DNA from: a virus
DNA: 64,000 nucleotides
IMG/VR virus record: IMGVR_UViG_3300046532_001629
Location: 5,779 to 69,778 of that record
Direction: 5' to 3' (one strand)
Within the stretch, counting starts at the first letter, position 1. The number at the start of each line of letters is the position of its first letter. The notes under the pieces are model-generated. The model did no database searches, was not told the origin of the DNA, and saw only the letters and a list, made by a program, of their open reading frames with translations. This document shows positions 18,636 through 28,428 of this stretch, piece after piece. Position numbers and translations under genes: made by a program.

Positions 18636-20347
18636 TTATATTTAAAAAAGTACGGTGGAAGAACTTACTTTCATCGGGTAATAACTTTACCGAAATACAA
18701 CTGGATTCCCATCAAACTACACTGGTTCTAGGTGAGAACGGTGCAGGGAAATCTACACTACTAGACGCAATGTGCTTTGGTTTGTATGGACGTGGGTTCA
18801 GAAACCTCAAGAAAGAACTCCTTATTAATAGTGTAAACGAGAAAGGACTATTAGTAGAAGTAGAGTTTACTATCGGTAGACGTGAATACAAAGTTATCCG
18901 TGGTGCAAAACCAAACAAATTTGAGATACACGTGGATGGTGTATTCGTTAATCAAGACGCAACAGTAAGAGACTATCAAGAACACTTAGAGAAGAACATT
19001 CTCAAGATGTCGTATCGTTCATTTACACAAGTTGCAATTCTAGGTAGTGCAAACTTCGTCCCCTTTATGCAGTTGAAAGCCAAGGACAGACGAAACCTTG
19101 TAGAAGACCTACTCGATATTAGTATCTTTAGTACGATGAGTGATATACTGAGAAAAAGAGTATCTAACCACACTGTAGAGATTCGAGAGAACGTCCATGA
19201 GATAAATATCATGGAAGAAAGAATTCAAGGATTGTCCTCACAACTAGAAGCATTACGTGAGAACCGAGATCATAAGATTGGTAAGTTTGAAACAACTATC
19301 AACGAAACCAACACGAATATTGAAGACCTTTTAGGAAAGGTAGACGAGAAGACTACCGTTATCGGAGAGAAGACCAGTTCTATCTCTGATAGAGACCCAC
19401 AAGGTGACCGACTTAAACAAGCAATGGATATTTCCAAAACACTGGAAACTAAACGACAACGCATTATTAAGGAGATTGAATTTTATGAGTCAAATGATAA
19501 TTGTCCAACCTGTAAGCAGGATTTAGATGAGGAACACAAAGAAACTCACGTTGCAGAGAAACAGGCAAAGAAGGAAGAGTTGGCACTTGCACTTGAGCAA
19601 ATCGCCAGAACCATCGAAGATTCCACCAATAGAATGGAGGAGATTAGAAGAGTCCAAGAAGGAGTAGATTCCCTTCAACGACAAATCTCAGTTCTCCAAT
19701 CAGAAATTGTTTCAAACCAAAAGTACATCGGCAAACTTCAGAAAGAGATTGAAGACCTAAAGACAGAAGCTTCGGTTAATAACAATGCACAGGATATGAT
19801 TGACGACAACGAAGAGAAGTTGGATATACTACACTCTAAAAAAGAGTCCCTTGTATCACAGGGACACTACTACGACATTGCACAAACATTGCTCAGAGAT
19901 CAAGGTGTTAAACAGAAGATAATCAAACAGTACGTTCCAGTGATGAACAACATGATTAATAAATACCTTGCATCCCTAGAGTTCTTTGTTGGGTTTGAAT
20001 TAGACGAATCTTTTGAAGAGACTATTAAGTCTAGATTCCGAGACGTATTCAAGTACGACAATTTCTCCCAAGGAGAGAAGATGAGGATTGACCTTGCCCT
20101 TCTGTTTACGTGGAGAACTATTGCAAGAATGAAGAATAGTGTGAACACTAACCTATTGATTTTAGATGAAGTGTTCGACTCGTCTTTAGACACAAACGGC
20201 ACAGATGACTTCTTAAAGTTACTAAACACCTTGACAGAAAAGACTAACTGTTTTATAATTAGTCACAAGGGTGAAGCACTCTACGATAAATTTAACAATG
20301 TTATTCGATTTGAGAAGCATAAAAACTTCTCACGAGTTGCAGAATAG
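18632..20347 (+). CDS. gp46: Recombination ATPase subunit (Rad50/SbcC-like)
   Basis: GENGAGKS, CPTC zinc hook, FSQGE signature, LILDEVFD. Confidence 0.96.
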   Translation: MIIFKKVRWKNLLSSGNNFTEIQLDSHQTTLVLGENGAGKSTLLDAMCFGLYGRGFRNLKKELLINSVNEKGLLVEVEFTIGRREYKVIRGAKPNKFEIHVDGVFVNQDATVRDYQEHLEKNILKMSYRSFTQVAILGSANFVPFMQLKAKDRRNLVEDLLDISIFSTMSDILRKRVSNHTVEIRENVHEINIMEERIQGLSSQLEALRENRDHKIGKFETTINETNTNIEDLLGKVDEKTTVIGEKTSSISDRDPQGDRLKQAMDISKTLETKRQRIIKEIEFYESNDNCPTCKQDLDEEHKETHVAEKQAKKEELALALEQIARTIEDSTNRMEEIRRVQEGVDSLQRQISVLQSEIVSNQKYIGKLQKEIEDLKTEASVNNNAQDMIDDNEEKLDILHSKKESLVSQGHYYDIAQTLLRDQGVKQKIIKQYVPVMNNMINKYLASLEFFVGFELDESFEETIKSRFRDVFKYDNFSQGEKMRIDLALLFTWRTIARMKNSVNTNLLILDEVFDSSLDTNGTDDFLKLLNTLTEKTNCFIISHKGEALYDKFNNVIRFEKHKNFSRVAE

Positions 20348-20359
20348 ATAAATAGTATT

Positions 20360-21847
20360 ATGAAAACATTTAAAGAACATCTGTTAACCGAAACCCCGAT
20401 GGCAGCAAATTTCGAGGATATCTATAAACGCAAGAATAAAGATAAGTTCTTAGACAAAGCAGTCAAGGGTGAACTTGAATTAGAAGCTGGTGGAAAGATG
20501 AAAGCAATTTCAAAGGATGACTTTGCATTAAAGACCCTTATGTCAGTGGATAGTGAAGATGCTATCGAAGACAAGCCTGCAATTAGAAAACACCTGAAGA
20601 CTAACTGGGGTATTGGTAAAATCGGTGACATTAGTAAGGATATGAACGGCCTTTCTAATAGAGAAGGTGGTAAGAATCCTAGTGGAGAAGATTGGGAATC
20701 TCTCATTGCAGTTGCAGTAAACCAAATCAATGGTCTTAAATATAACATTGGAGCTGAGTGGGAACGTGCAGAAAAGTTTTGGCCTGATTACGAACTCCAA
20801 GCAATAAAACTAGGCAAGGAATTTATCAGTAAACTTAAGGTTAAGAGTCTCAGACAATTAGGTTCATCAACCGCTGCAACATCCGCAACATGGGATGCAC
20901 CTAACAAGACACCTAAAACAGATTTAATAGACGGTAAACAACACATATCACTTAAGATGCATGGTAACTCTCAGTTGATGTCGGGTAAGAAAGAAGAGGT
21001 TCTTGCAACCTTTAAAGCTGCCCAAGAGGAGTTTGGAGAATCTACAGCAGGAAAGGTGGAAATCAAAAAGGTTATGGATACTCTTGAAGAGAAGATGATT
21101 ACATTAACAAATAAAGGTTCAGTTAAATCGATTGACGCTTTGAGAGGAAAGACTGACCTTTCAGACAAAGAATTGGAGAGAATTGCAGAGTTAGACCAAG
21201 GTCGATTACAAGCAAAAGAAATCAATGATGAATTAGACAAGATATTTCAATCACTACCTTTTAAATCACACGTTGCATTTGAAGCTGCAACAGGTAGAAG
21301 TAAATTTGCACCATCCCCCGAGGCAGTTGCAAACTTAGTAGTAGTGTTCAAAGAGAGTGGTAGTATATCAGATACATTAAAACTAGACACGGCTGCATCA
21401 GCCGGAATGGTACTTGCAAAGGGTAATGATTTTTATGTGTCCTTTAAGAGTGGTGGTGGTAATAGTTCCAAACCATATCTTTCATTGAGAACTAGAAAAT
21501 TAAAGCTGACAAGTTTAAAAGCGGTTAATGCCTCCTATGCAGATGATACTTTCCGTAGTATAATTATGGAAGAGATAAACAAAGAAGGGTTACTTACAGA
21601 AGACATGCAACAACTAGACGAGTTTGCATTATTTAATAAACTTGTAAGTAAAGTTAAAGATGTGTCAAAGTCAGTTATCAGTAAAGTTGGTAAGGCAATG
21701 AAAGCTATCTTAGAAAGAGTCAAGAAAGCTTTCCAGTACATTTACAAACTAGGTAGACAAGCAGTCAGGGGATTAATGAACTTCTTTGGCGTGAAGCTCG
21801 ATAAAGTGAAGATAACCAAAACTGGTGGAATGGTATCACTAGTATAA
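20360..21847 (+). CDS. Late protein, candidate internal head protein with a PD-(D/E)xK-like nuclease motif
   Basis: TAAATA 5 nt before ATG; MKTFKEHLLTE N-terminus; E...PKTD...ISLK pattern. Confidence 0.5.
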   Translation: MKTFKEHLLTETPMAANFEDIYKRKNKDKFLDKAVKGELELEAGGKMKAISKDDFALKTLMSVDSEDAIEDKPAIRKHLKTNWGIGKIGDISKDMNGLSNREGGKNPSGEDWESLIAVAVNQINGLKYNIGAEWERAEKFWPDYELQAIKLGKEFISKLKVKSLRQLGSSTAATSATWDAPNKTPKTDLIDGKQHISLKMHGNSQLMSGKKEEVLATFKAAQEEFGESTAGKVEIKKVMDTLEEKMITLTNKGSVKSIDALRGKTDLSDKELERIAELDQGRLQAKEINDELDKIFQSLPFKSHVAFEAATGRSKFAPSPEAVANLVVVFKESGSISDTLKLDTAASAGMVLAKGNDFYVSFKSGGGNSSKPYLSLRTRKLKLTSLKAVNASYADDTFRSIIMEEINKEGLLTEDMQQLDEFALFNKLVSKVKDVSKSVISKVGKAMKAILERVKKAFQYIYKLGRQAVRGLMNFFGVKLDKVKITKTGGMVSLV

Positions 21848-21857
21848 CAGGATAATT

Positions 21858-22487
21858 ATGTACGAATTGATTCAGGAGGCCTCAAAGGTCTTAAGAACAC
21901 CACCACTGGTGTTAGATTTCGAAAACCCATCACACGACCCAAAGGACGTGGAAGTAAAACTTGGAGAGGCAATGACCAAATTTGGTGGCCTCGGTTTGAG
22001 TGCAAACCAAGTGGGGTTAGATGTTAGATGTTTTGTAATGAGAACTGCAGACGCAGGAATCCAGTGTTTCTTCAATCCTGAAATCACCAAAGTATCACAA
22101 GAGACAGACCTACTTAAAGAAGGGTGTCTATCTTTCCCTGATATATACCTCATGATAAAACGATCAAGAGTCGTTGAAATGAAGTATCAGGATTCGGATG
22201 GAGAAGAACATTTTCTCATGTTAGAAAATATTGGAGCAAGATGTGCTCAACATGAAATTGATCATTTAAACGGAATCGTGTTTTTACAACGTGCTTCCAA
22301 ATTGAAACTAGATCGTGCATTAAAGTCGCGACCAAAAGAAAAAGCGAAACGATTAGAATATGAAAAAAGAGCAGCCGTCGCAAAGTACATCCAGTCCGTT
22401 CAATCTGCTAAAGATTCCGAACCTCGTGAGTCAGCAGGAACAACAGGCACTAGTACACTACCACAAGACGCATCACCACAAACGTAG
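21858..22487 (+). CDS. def: Peptide deformylase
   Basis: GLGLSANQVG, EGCLS and HEIDHLNG motifs. Confidence 0.95.
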   Translation: MYELIQEASKVLRTPPLVLDFENPSHDPKDVEVKLGEAMTKFGGLGLSANQVGLDVRCFVMRTADAGIQCFFNPEITKVSQETDLLKEGCLSFPDIYLMIKRSRVVEMKYQDSDGEEHFLMLENIGARCAQHEIDHLNGIVFLQRASKLKLDRALKSRPKEKAKRLEYEKRAAVAKYIQSVQSAKDSEPRESAGTTGTSTLPQDASPQT

Positions 22488-23013
22488 TATCGGAGACGGT
22501 AGTGATTACCGTGGGATAGATTACGTACACATACACACCCAGTGGGTGAGAGACATCTTCAACAGGATTTCGTATCAGTGTGTGGGTGATATTCGTAAAT
22601 GCACAGATCAAGTAGTGTATCCCGAAATGATTTCTCTAAATGAATGGCCAATTGGTGGATTTCAAACCCCACATTTGGATACTTATTCAACTCAAGAAGA
22701 AAAACATGACTTAATAGAGGATATCCCTAGCAGGGAATGGACTCTAATCTTATACCTAAACGATGAATTTGAAGGTGGAGAGACCTTCTTCCCCGCAGAA
22801 CGTTACACGCACCATCCTAGGGCCCGTGAGGGGGTATTATTCCAAGGTATATACCTTGAACATGGGGTCAATCCTATTAGACGATGTCCACGACATACTA
22901 TTGCAATGTGGTTCAGCACGAATCCCGATAGAATCCTTACAGACAATAGAACTCCCAATCTACAAGAAGACCATTTCGACCTAAGAAATCAAGACGACTC
23001 AAGACCATATTAA
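22360..23013 (+). CDS. 2OG-Fe(II) oxygenase (start uncertain, overlaps def)
   Basis: PHLD, LILYLNDEFEGGET, HGV and RHTIAMW. Confidence 0.85.
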   Translation: MKKEQPSQSTSSPFNLLKIPNLVSQQEQQALVHYHKTHHHKRSIGDGSDYRGIDYVHIHTQWVRDIFNRISYQCVGDIRKCTDQVVYPEMISLNEWPIGGFQTPHLDTYSTQEEKHDLIEDIPSREWTLILYLNDEFEGGETFFPAERYTHHPRAREGVLFQGIYLEHGVNPIRRCPRHTIAMWFSTNPDRILTDNRTPNLQEDHFDLRNQDDSRPY

Positions 23014-23021
23014 TTGGAAAT

Positions 23022-23098
23022 GCACCCTTAGCTCAGCTGGATAGAGCAACGGCCTTCTAAGCCGTAGGTCAGTGGTTCGAATCCACTAGGGTGTACCA
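23022..23098 (+). tRNA. tRNA-Arg(TCT)
   Basis: Cloverleaf: acceptor GCACCCT/AGGGTGT, anticodon stem ACGGC/GCCGT with loop CTTCTAA, TTCGAAT T-loop, encoded CCA. Confidence 0.96.
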
Positions 23099-23126
23099 AT
23101 TAATCCCCAAATATCGAAAATAAAAC

Positions 23127-23156
23127 TTGACAGTGACCCTCACTTTTTGTTATAAT
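23127..23156 (+). promoter_or_regulatory. Early sigma70 promoter (copy 2)
   Basis: TTGACA-GTGACCCTCACTTTTTGT-TATAAT. Confidence 0.85.
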
Positions 23157-23186
23157 GGCTGTACAAATTGAGAAAAGAGAGAGATT

Positions 23187-23342
23187 ATGACCAATACTGA
23201 ACTGTTAAACATCCACCTCAACAATAGTGACTTAAACCTCACTAACCTCTCTAACATCAACAACTCAAGTGTTTCCGTTGTGCGTTGTATACTAATACAG
23301 TATTACAGCACCAAGGGTTTTACTCACCCAATTCTAAAATAA
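23187..23342 (+). CDS. 51-aa Asn/Leu-rich early peptide, absent from ORF track
   Basis: MTNTELLNIHLNNSDLNLTNLSNINNSS...; fills the gap between two early promoters; purine-rich leader. Confidence 0.55.
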   Translation: MTNTELLNIHLNNSDLNLTNLSNINNSSVSVVRCILIQYYSTKGFTHPILK

Positions 23343-23345
23343 AAC

Positions 23346-23375
23346 TTGACAATGACTACCACTTTTTGTTATACT
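23346..23375 (+). promoter_or_regulatory. Early sigma70 promoter (copy 3)
   Basis: TTGACA-ATGACTACCACTTTTTGT-TATACT. Confidence 0.85.
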
Positions 23376-23407
23376 ATGTATATAATGAAAAATCAAGAGG
23401 AAATATA

Positions 23408-23653
23408 ATGTTGTCAGAAAATCTTTTGAAATTAACAGTAAAACTTCTAAGTGAACATTCTCGAAGCCTTACTCGGAAAGAGTTAGTGAATCTTCTGAGA
23501 TATAAAGAAGATTTGAGTCCAAGTATGTATAGTGAACTGTATAAGATAAGAGTTTTCTTGTTTAAACAAGTAAAGGCCAAACGAATGAATAGCTGGGGAA
23601 AGTTTTACTACTTGACTGATGAAGGTCAACAATACTTTTTAGGAGACGCATAA
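23408..23653 (+). CDS. Early basic protein, possibly winged-helix
   Basis: SD GAGGA then MLSENLLKL; ends YYLTDEGQQYF, resembling the wing end of wHTH proteins. Confidence 0.65.
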   Translation: MLSENLLKLTVKLLSEHSRSLTRKELVNLLRYKEDLSPSMYSELYKIRVFLFKQVKAKRMNSWGKFYYLTDEGQQYFLGDA

Positions 23654-23844
23654 TGGCAAACACTTATTTAAAAGAAATTACAGATTGGGGTACATACTCC
23701 TGCAAAAACCACACTTACATATTCAATGAAAAGAGTCAGAATATTGGATACATCAAAACAGGAACTAAAGAAGAGATAATCTTCAAGTCTCCTATGAAGC
23801 AATTCTCCAAAACAAGACGAAAGTTCGTCACCCTAAAAAGATAA
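23653..23844 (+). CDS. Early hypothetical protein
   Basis: SD AGGAG; TAATG coupling. Confidence 0.75.
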   Translation: MANTYLKEITDWGTYSCKNHTYIFNEKSQNIGYIKTGTKEEIIFKSPMKQFSKTRRKFVTLKR

Positions 23845-23846
23845 AC

Positions 23847-23876
23847 TTGACAATGGGTCTCACTTTTTGGTATACT
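23847..23876 (+). promoter_or_regulatory. Early sigma70 promoter (copy 4)
   Basis: TTGACA-ATGGGTCTCACTTTTTGG-TATACT. Confidence 0.85.
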
Positions 23877-23904
23877 ATAGTCTGAATCGGGAAACAAATA
23901 AATT

Positions 23905-26286
23905 ATGACAAATCAAATCAGAAATCAAAAAGACCAACTTGCCAAACTAATGGCAACGGAAGACTTAACAATCGTGCATAAGAAGGTGCCTACTGCATAC
24001 TTTGATATGAAGAATAGAATACTTTGTTGTCCTATTCTTAAAGACGATATCTCAAACGAGTTATACGACTTGTTCATGGGTCACGAAGTTGGTCATGCAT
24101 TACACACTCCATATGAAGGTGTACATAGTGCCGTAACAAAAAACAGAACACTTAAAGGATATCTTAATGTTGTTGAAGACGTTAGGATTGAGAAAGCAAT
24201 CAAAAACAAATATCAAGGTCTTAGAAAATCTTTCTTCACTGCATATAACGAATTGATGGATATGGACTTCTTTGGAATCAAAGATAGAAACCTTACAGAA
24301 CTTTCATTGATCGACAAAATCAATCTTATCACTAAGGTCGGAGCAAGAATCAGTATTCCGTTAACCAAGGTCGAACAAGAATTCTTGGACATGGCAAATG
24401 CCTGTGAGACTTGGGATGAAGTTGTGGTTTGTGCTGAAGCAATTTACGAATACTCTAAAGAGAACGAAACAAGAAATGAAGACGATGAAGCATTAGTTCC
24501 TCAGACAATGTCTATGGACGGAGAAGAAGAAGACGAAGACGGTAACGAGTGGAATGATGACGATTCAGACGAAGACGAAGAGTCGGATGATTTTAGTGAC
24601 TCTTACGATGATTCAGAAGACTCAGACGAAGACGAAGATTCTCTTCCCGAGATAAAGGATTACACCGATGGTAATGATCACAATGACGAACAAGAGCAGG
24701 ACGATGTAGAAGACGAAGAAGAGTCTAAACAACAAAAAACCACTGGTAAAGAGGGTGGTGATGGTCAAGGTTCAGATTACGATGAAGAAGACGGTGCCAG
24801 AGAGTCGATTACAGAACACAATGCACATAACAATGAAGACCAGTTTCTTTCAGAAGACAACCAAGTCAGAACTCTGATTAATGTCAAGAAAGCATTTGTT
24901 AATTCTAATAACTTTGAACACAAAGTTGTTGGTTACAAGCAAATGATTGAAGACTGGGACAAAGGTCTTTGGAACAATGTAACTGGCTATAGGAGGCCTC
25001 AAGATGAAGTTGACAGTATGAAAAATAGAGCTGTCAAGTCTTCTAAGAATTTGATTGAGAAAAACAAGAAACTTGTTGCTCACATGGCAAAAGAATTCGA
25101 GATGAAACAAACTGCATTGAGAAGTTCGAAAGCAATGAGTGGTAAAACTGGTAAGTTAGATATGAACAAACTTGCAAAGTATCAGATCGTTGATGATGTA
25201 TTCAAAAAAGTGACAATGTTGCCTGATGGTAAAAACCACGGAGTAACAGTCATGTTAGATTGGAGTGGTTCAATCAGTAGACAAGTGTGTGACCTTTTAG
25301 AGCAGACACTTATCCTAGTTCAATTCTGCAAGAAGGTCAACATCCCTCACAGAATTTATCTTTTTACTGATTCATATAACAGATTAGACGATTACAGAAG
25401 AAGTGAAAGTTCACATCTAATTGAATTATTCTCAGACAAAATGTCTACTAAAGATTACATCAAGAACTGTATCAATGTTGCAAGTCTTTATAATAACCAC
25501 TTTGCACAAGGTGTTAGTTACAGACACTTCGATAAGTTCATTACAAAATGGAATGCATGGTTTGAAGAGGTTGAACAACTTGAAGCTGGAAGGTGGCAGT
25601 CTTTTGAAACTAGTGCTAACCCTAGTGGTTACAGGTTGGGTGGAACACCACTTGACGCATGCCTAGTGTCACTGAGAGTGTTACTTCCTAAATTCAATGC
25701 AGAGTATCAGATTGAGAAGTCAATCCTAACAATCATCACAGATGGTTATTCTCACCAGTCAGAAATCTTCGATAAAGATTCTTCTGAACTAGCTGATGAG
25801 GCTGCCCAAACGGAAGGTGAGGATTACTACTCAAGAATCAAAAAGATTAGACAGTTCCAAGACCCATTCTCAAAGAAGTTGTACACTTACTCAGACGGTG
25901 TTGGATACAGTAGAGACTACTTTCAGGCAACCACGAACATCCTAGACTGGATATCAAAAGAATGTGGTGTGACTGTCACTGGGTACTTTGTAATGGAAAA
26001 GAAGAATGATCTTTGGGGTCTCAGTTCAGAACTTAAAGATGTCCGTATTGATGTCGATGATGTTTGGAAGAAGGTGAGAAAAGAGGGGTACATGATTGAG
26101 ACCCACGGATACGGAAAATTATTCTTGACTGCAGCTTCCACCTTGAGTGTTGATGGTGATGATACACTATCAGACGAAATGATCGGTGCAAAGAAATCAT
26201 CACTGATGGCTGCATTCAAGAAAAACCAAAGAAGTAAAACCACTTCAAGATTTTTAACCAATGAATTTATTAAGGAAATAGCATAA
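23905..26286 (+). CDS. Metallopeptidase-like + acidic linker + vWA protein (CobT-like partner of a MoxR ATPase)
   Basis: HEVGHALHT, NVVEDVRIE, long D/E tract, MIDAS-like LDWSGS, GGTPL and ITDG. Confidence 0.88.
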   Translation: MTNQIRNQKDQLAKLMATEDLTIVHKKVPTAYFDMKNRILCCPILKDDISNELYDLFMGHEVGHALHTPYEGVHSAVTKNRTLKGYLNVVEDVRIEKAIKNKYQGLRKSFFTAYNELMDMDFFGIKDRNLTELSLIDKINLITKVGARISIPLTKVEQEFLDMANACETWDEVVVCAEAIYEYSKENETRNEDDEALVPQTMSMDGEEEDEDGNEWNDDDSDEDEESDDFSDSYDDSEDSDEDEDSLPEIKDYTDGNDHNDEQEQDDVEDEEESKQQKTTGKEGGDGQGSDYDEEDGARESITEHNAHNNEDQFLSEDNQVRTLINVKKAFVNSNNFEHKVVGYKQMIEDWDKGLWNNVTGYRRPQDEVDSMKNRAVKSSKNLIEKNKKLVAHMAKEFEMKQTALRSSKAMSGKTGKLDMNKLAKYQIVDDVFKKVTMLPDGKNHGVTVMLDWSGSISRQVCDLLEQTLILVQFCKKVNIPHRIYLFTDSYNRLDDYRRSESSHLIELFSDKMSTKDYIKNCINVASLYNNHFAQGVSYRHFDKFITKWNAWFEEVEQLEAGRWQSFETSANPSGYRLGGTPLDACLVSLRVLLPKFNAEYQIEKSILTIITDGYSHQSEIFDKDSSELADEAAQTEGEDYYSRIKKIRQFQDPFSKKLYTYSDGVGYSRDYFQATTNILDWISKECGVTVTGYFVMEKKNDLWGLSSELKDVRIDVDDVWKKVRKEGYMIETHGYGKLFLTAASTLSVDGDDTLSDEMIGAKKSSLMAAFKKNQRSKTTSRFLTNEFIKEIA

Positions 26287-26573
26287 TGAGAGAACCACTA
26301 AGAGTAGACGAAGCATATTACATTAACCACAATACAGATTACAGTGCATTTGCAGATGCTGTCATGGACGTTGGCCCATCACCTTGTGAGAAGTTCGACT
26401 GTCCTAAACAAAGTCATTGTGCAGAGTTTGGGGTGGAGTGTAAGGCATTCAGAGTATGGACTAACAATGGTGAGACGGTTTACGATAGACATTTGTCTAT
26501 GGATAAAGATGGTAACCCTAAAGAGAAAAATATTGAATTATCAGTCGGAAACCTTTTACAAATATGCAAATAA
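26286..26573 (+). CDS. Cys-rich hypothetical protein
   Basis: SPCEKFDC...HCAEFGVECKAF; coupled start. Confidence 0.7.
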   Translation: MREPLRVDEAYYINHNTDYSAFADAVMDVGPSPCEKFDCPKQSHCAEFGVECKAFRVWTNNGETVYDRHLSMDKDGNPKEKNIELSVGNLLQICK

Positions 26574-26575
26574 AC

Positions 26576-26605
26576 TTGACAATGGGTCTCACTTTTTGTT
26601 ATACT
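26576..26605 (+). promoter_or_regulatory. Early sigma70 promoter (copy 5)
   Basis: TTGACA-ATGGGTCTCACTTTTTGT-TATACT. Confidence 0.85.
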
Positions 26606-26637
26606 ATGTATATAATGAAAAAACAAAGGAAAGAATT

Positions 26638-26889
26638 ATGAAATTAGCACTTAAACAAATAATCATGTCAACGACTGAAGTCTCAGAGTTGAACGAAATT
26701 ATATCACTTTGTAATGAAGTGAAAAAACTGAATGCAAAAGCAAGTTTGTCGGTTGGACAAAAAGTTTATGTTGTTCAAAAAACCAAGAAGACTCTTGGTG
26801 AGATTGTGAAAATCAAAATCTCTAGAGCAACTGTGAAATTGCCAGAAGGTAATTACTCAGTTCCATTAACAATGTTGGAGGCAGCGTAA
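26638..26889 (+). CDS. Small early protein with SH3/KOW-like C-terminus
   Basis: SD AAGGA; LSVGQKVYVV...GEIVKIKISRATV. Confidence 0.7.
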   Translation: MKLALKQIIMSTTEVSELNEIISLCNEVKKLNAKASLSVGQKVYVVQKTKKTLGEIVKIKISRATVKLPEGNYSVPLTMLEAA

Positions 26890-26890
26890 T

Positions 26891-28123
26891 ATGAGCTTAA
26901 GAACTTATGATAGAACCGAGTCAATTGTCATTTCAGGCAAAGACTTCCATTTTACACCCGATAGGAAAGAGTTCCTCGAAACTCTTGTAAAGACATATCC
27001 CAATCAAACGAACTTCGTCAAAGAAGACTTTGTGGCTATTGGTGGAATGCCTTACTGGGTCAAATCATCAAGGTATGATTTTAAAGATAATGGTATCTTT
27101 AATCTCCATGCAGTGGTTAAAGGTTACAACGGTGGGTATGAACCCGAAGTTCAAACCGCACCGATACAACCTGCCCCTATCAGTGCAGTTAGTGTTCCAC
27201 AAAACATGCCAGTTGCAGCCAAAACTGTTGCTGTCAACTCCCTTGACAACTTCAAGATAATCCCCGAAAAAATGGAGAACTATGTTCCCTTCGGTCATTA
27301 TAAAGATGTCAAGAACATCATCAAGTCAAAATTATTCTTTCCAATCTTTGTGACTGGTCTGAGTGGTAATGGTAAAACATTGATGGTAGAGCAAGTCTGT
27401 GCCATGCTGAAGAGAGAACTCTTCAGAGTCAATATCACCATCGAGACCGATGAGGATGATTTGATGGGTGGTCACACTTTACAGGGTGGAGACATCATGT
27501 TCAGAGAAGGCCCAGTTATCAAAGCAATGAGAAAAGGTGCAGTTCTACTACTTGACGAAGTTGACTTAGGGTCAAACAAGTTGATGTGTCTGCAATCAGT
27601 TCTTGAAGGTAAAGGATACCTAATCAAGAAAACTGGTGAGTGGGTTACACCTACTAAAGGTTTTACAATCCTTGCGACTGCAAATACCAAAGGTCAAGGT
27701 TCAGACGATGGAAAGTTCATTGGAACTCAAGTCATGAACGAAGCCATGTTGGAAAGATTTGCAATCACCATGCAACAAGAATATCCCCCAGTGAAAACTG
27801 AGAGAAGTATTCTCTCGAAAGAGATGGCATTGACTGGTGAAGTCGATCAAGAATTCTGTGAGAAACTTGTGGACTGGGCAGACATTATCAGAAAATCATA
27901 CTACGAAGGTGCAATCGATGATGTCGTGACCACTAGAAGGTTGGTTCACATTGTCAATGCATACAGAATGTTCAATGACAAACTGAAGTCCATTACAATG
28001 TGTATCTCAAGGTTCGATCAAGAAACGAGAGATTCGATTCTAGACCTTTACACTAAGATAGATGCAGGGGTTGACTTAAATGCCCCTGTTGAAGAAAACC
28101 CTATTGACGAATCATCATACTAA
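26891..28123 (+). CDS. MoxR/CobS-like AAA+ ATPase
   Basis: GLSGNGKT, VLLLDEVD, ATANTKG and EAMLERF. Confidence 0.92.
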   Translation: MSLRTYDRTESIVISGKDFHFTPDRKEFLETLVKTYPNQTNFVKEDFVAIGGMPYWVKSSRYDFKDNGIFNLHAVVKGYNGGYEPEVQTAPIQPAPISAVSVPQNMPVAAKTVAVNSLDNFKIIPEKMENYVPFGHYKDVKNIIKSKLFFPIFVTGLSGNGKTLMVEQVCAMLKRELFRVNITIETDEDDLMGGHTLQGGDIMFREGPVIKAMRKGAVLLLDEVDLGSNKLMCLQSVLEGKGYLIKKTGEWVTPTKGFTILATANTKGQGSDDGKFIGTQVMNEAMLERFAITMQQEYPPVKTERSILSKEMALTGEVDQEFCEKLVDWADIIRKSYYEGAIDDVVTTRRLVHIVNAYRMFNDKLKSITMCISRFDQETRDSILDLYTKIDAGVDLNAPVEENPIDESSY

Positions 28124-28137
28124 GGGTATACTAAGGT

Positions 28138-28428
28138 ATGTTTGGAAATAAATCAAAAATAGACTACAAATACAACGAAGGAGAACTCTTAGCGGAGTTT
28201 TCCCAGTATGTTGACAAGACCTATGACCAACATTATAGTCTGAGCAAGTATCAGGCAACTGAGTTCATTATGGACGCAGGTCATGGGGAAGGTTTCTGTA
28301 TTGGTAATGTGATGAAATATGCACAACGATACGGAAAAAAAGAGGGTAAGAACCGATCTGACTTATTGAAAGTCATACACTACGGATTTCTTGCATTAAA
28401 TAATCACGACAAGGAGAACAACCAGTGA
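28138..28428 (+). CDS. DUF3310-like protein
   Basis: QHYS, GFCIGNVMKYAQRYGKK and DLLKVIHY. Confidence 0.8.
   Translation: MFGNKSKIDYKYNEGELLAEFSQYVDKTYDQHYSLSKYQATEFIMDAGHGEGFCIGNVMKYAQRYGKKEGKNRSDLLKVIHYGFLALNNHDKENNQ

Noticed and set aside
23285-23407. Shared peptide LDN..HFLLYYVYNEK in ORFs 23285 and 26344
   Set aside because: It is the translation of the repeated early promoter DNA; real starts are 23408 and 26638
24480-24800. GAAGAC-rich low-complexity tract as a repeat element
   Set aside because: It simply encodes the Asp/Glu linker of the vWA protein
23127-26605. Repeated 30-45 nt elements as a CRISPR array
   Set aside because: Spacing is irregular (hundreds to thousands of nt), the repeats are promoter consensus and no cas genes are present
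26891-28123. Cobalamin biosynthesis (CobS/CobT cobaltochelatase)
   Set aside because: No CobN or other cob genes; the family is a general MoxR/vWA pair
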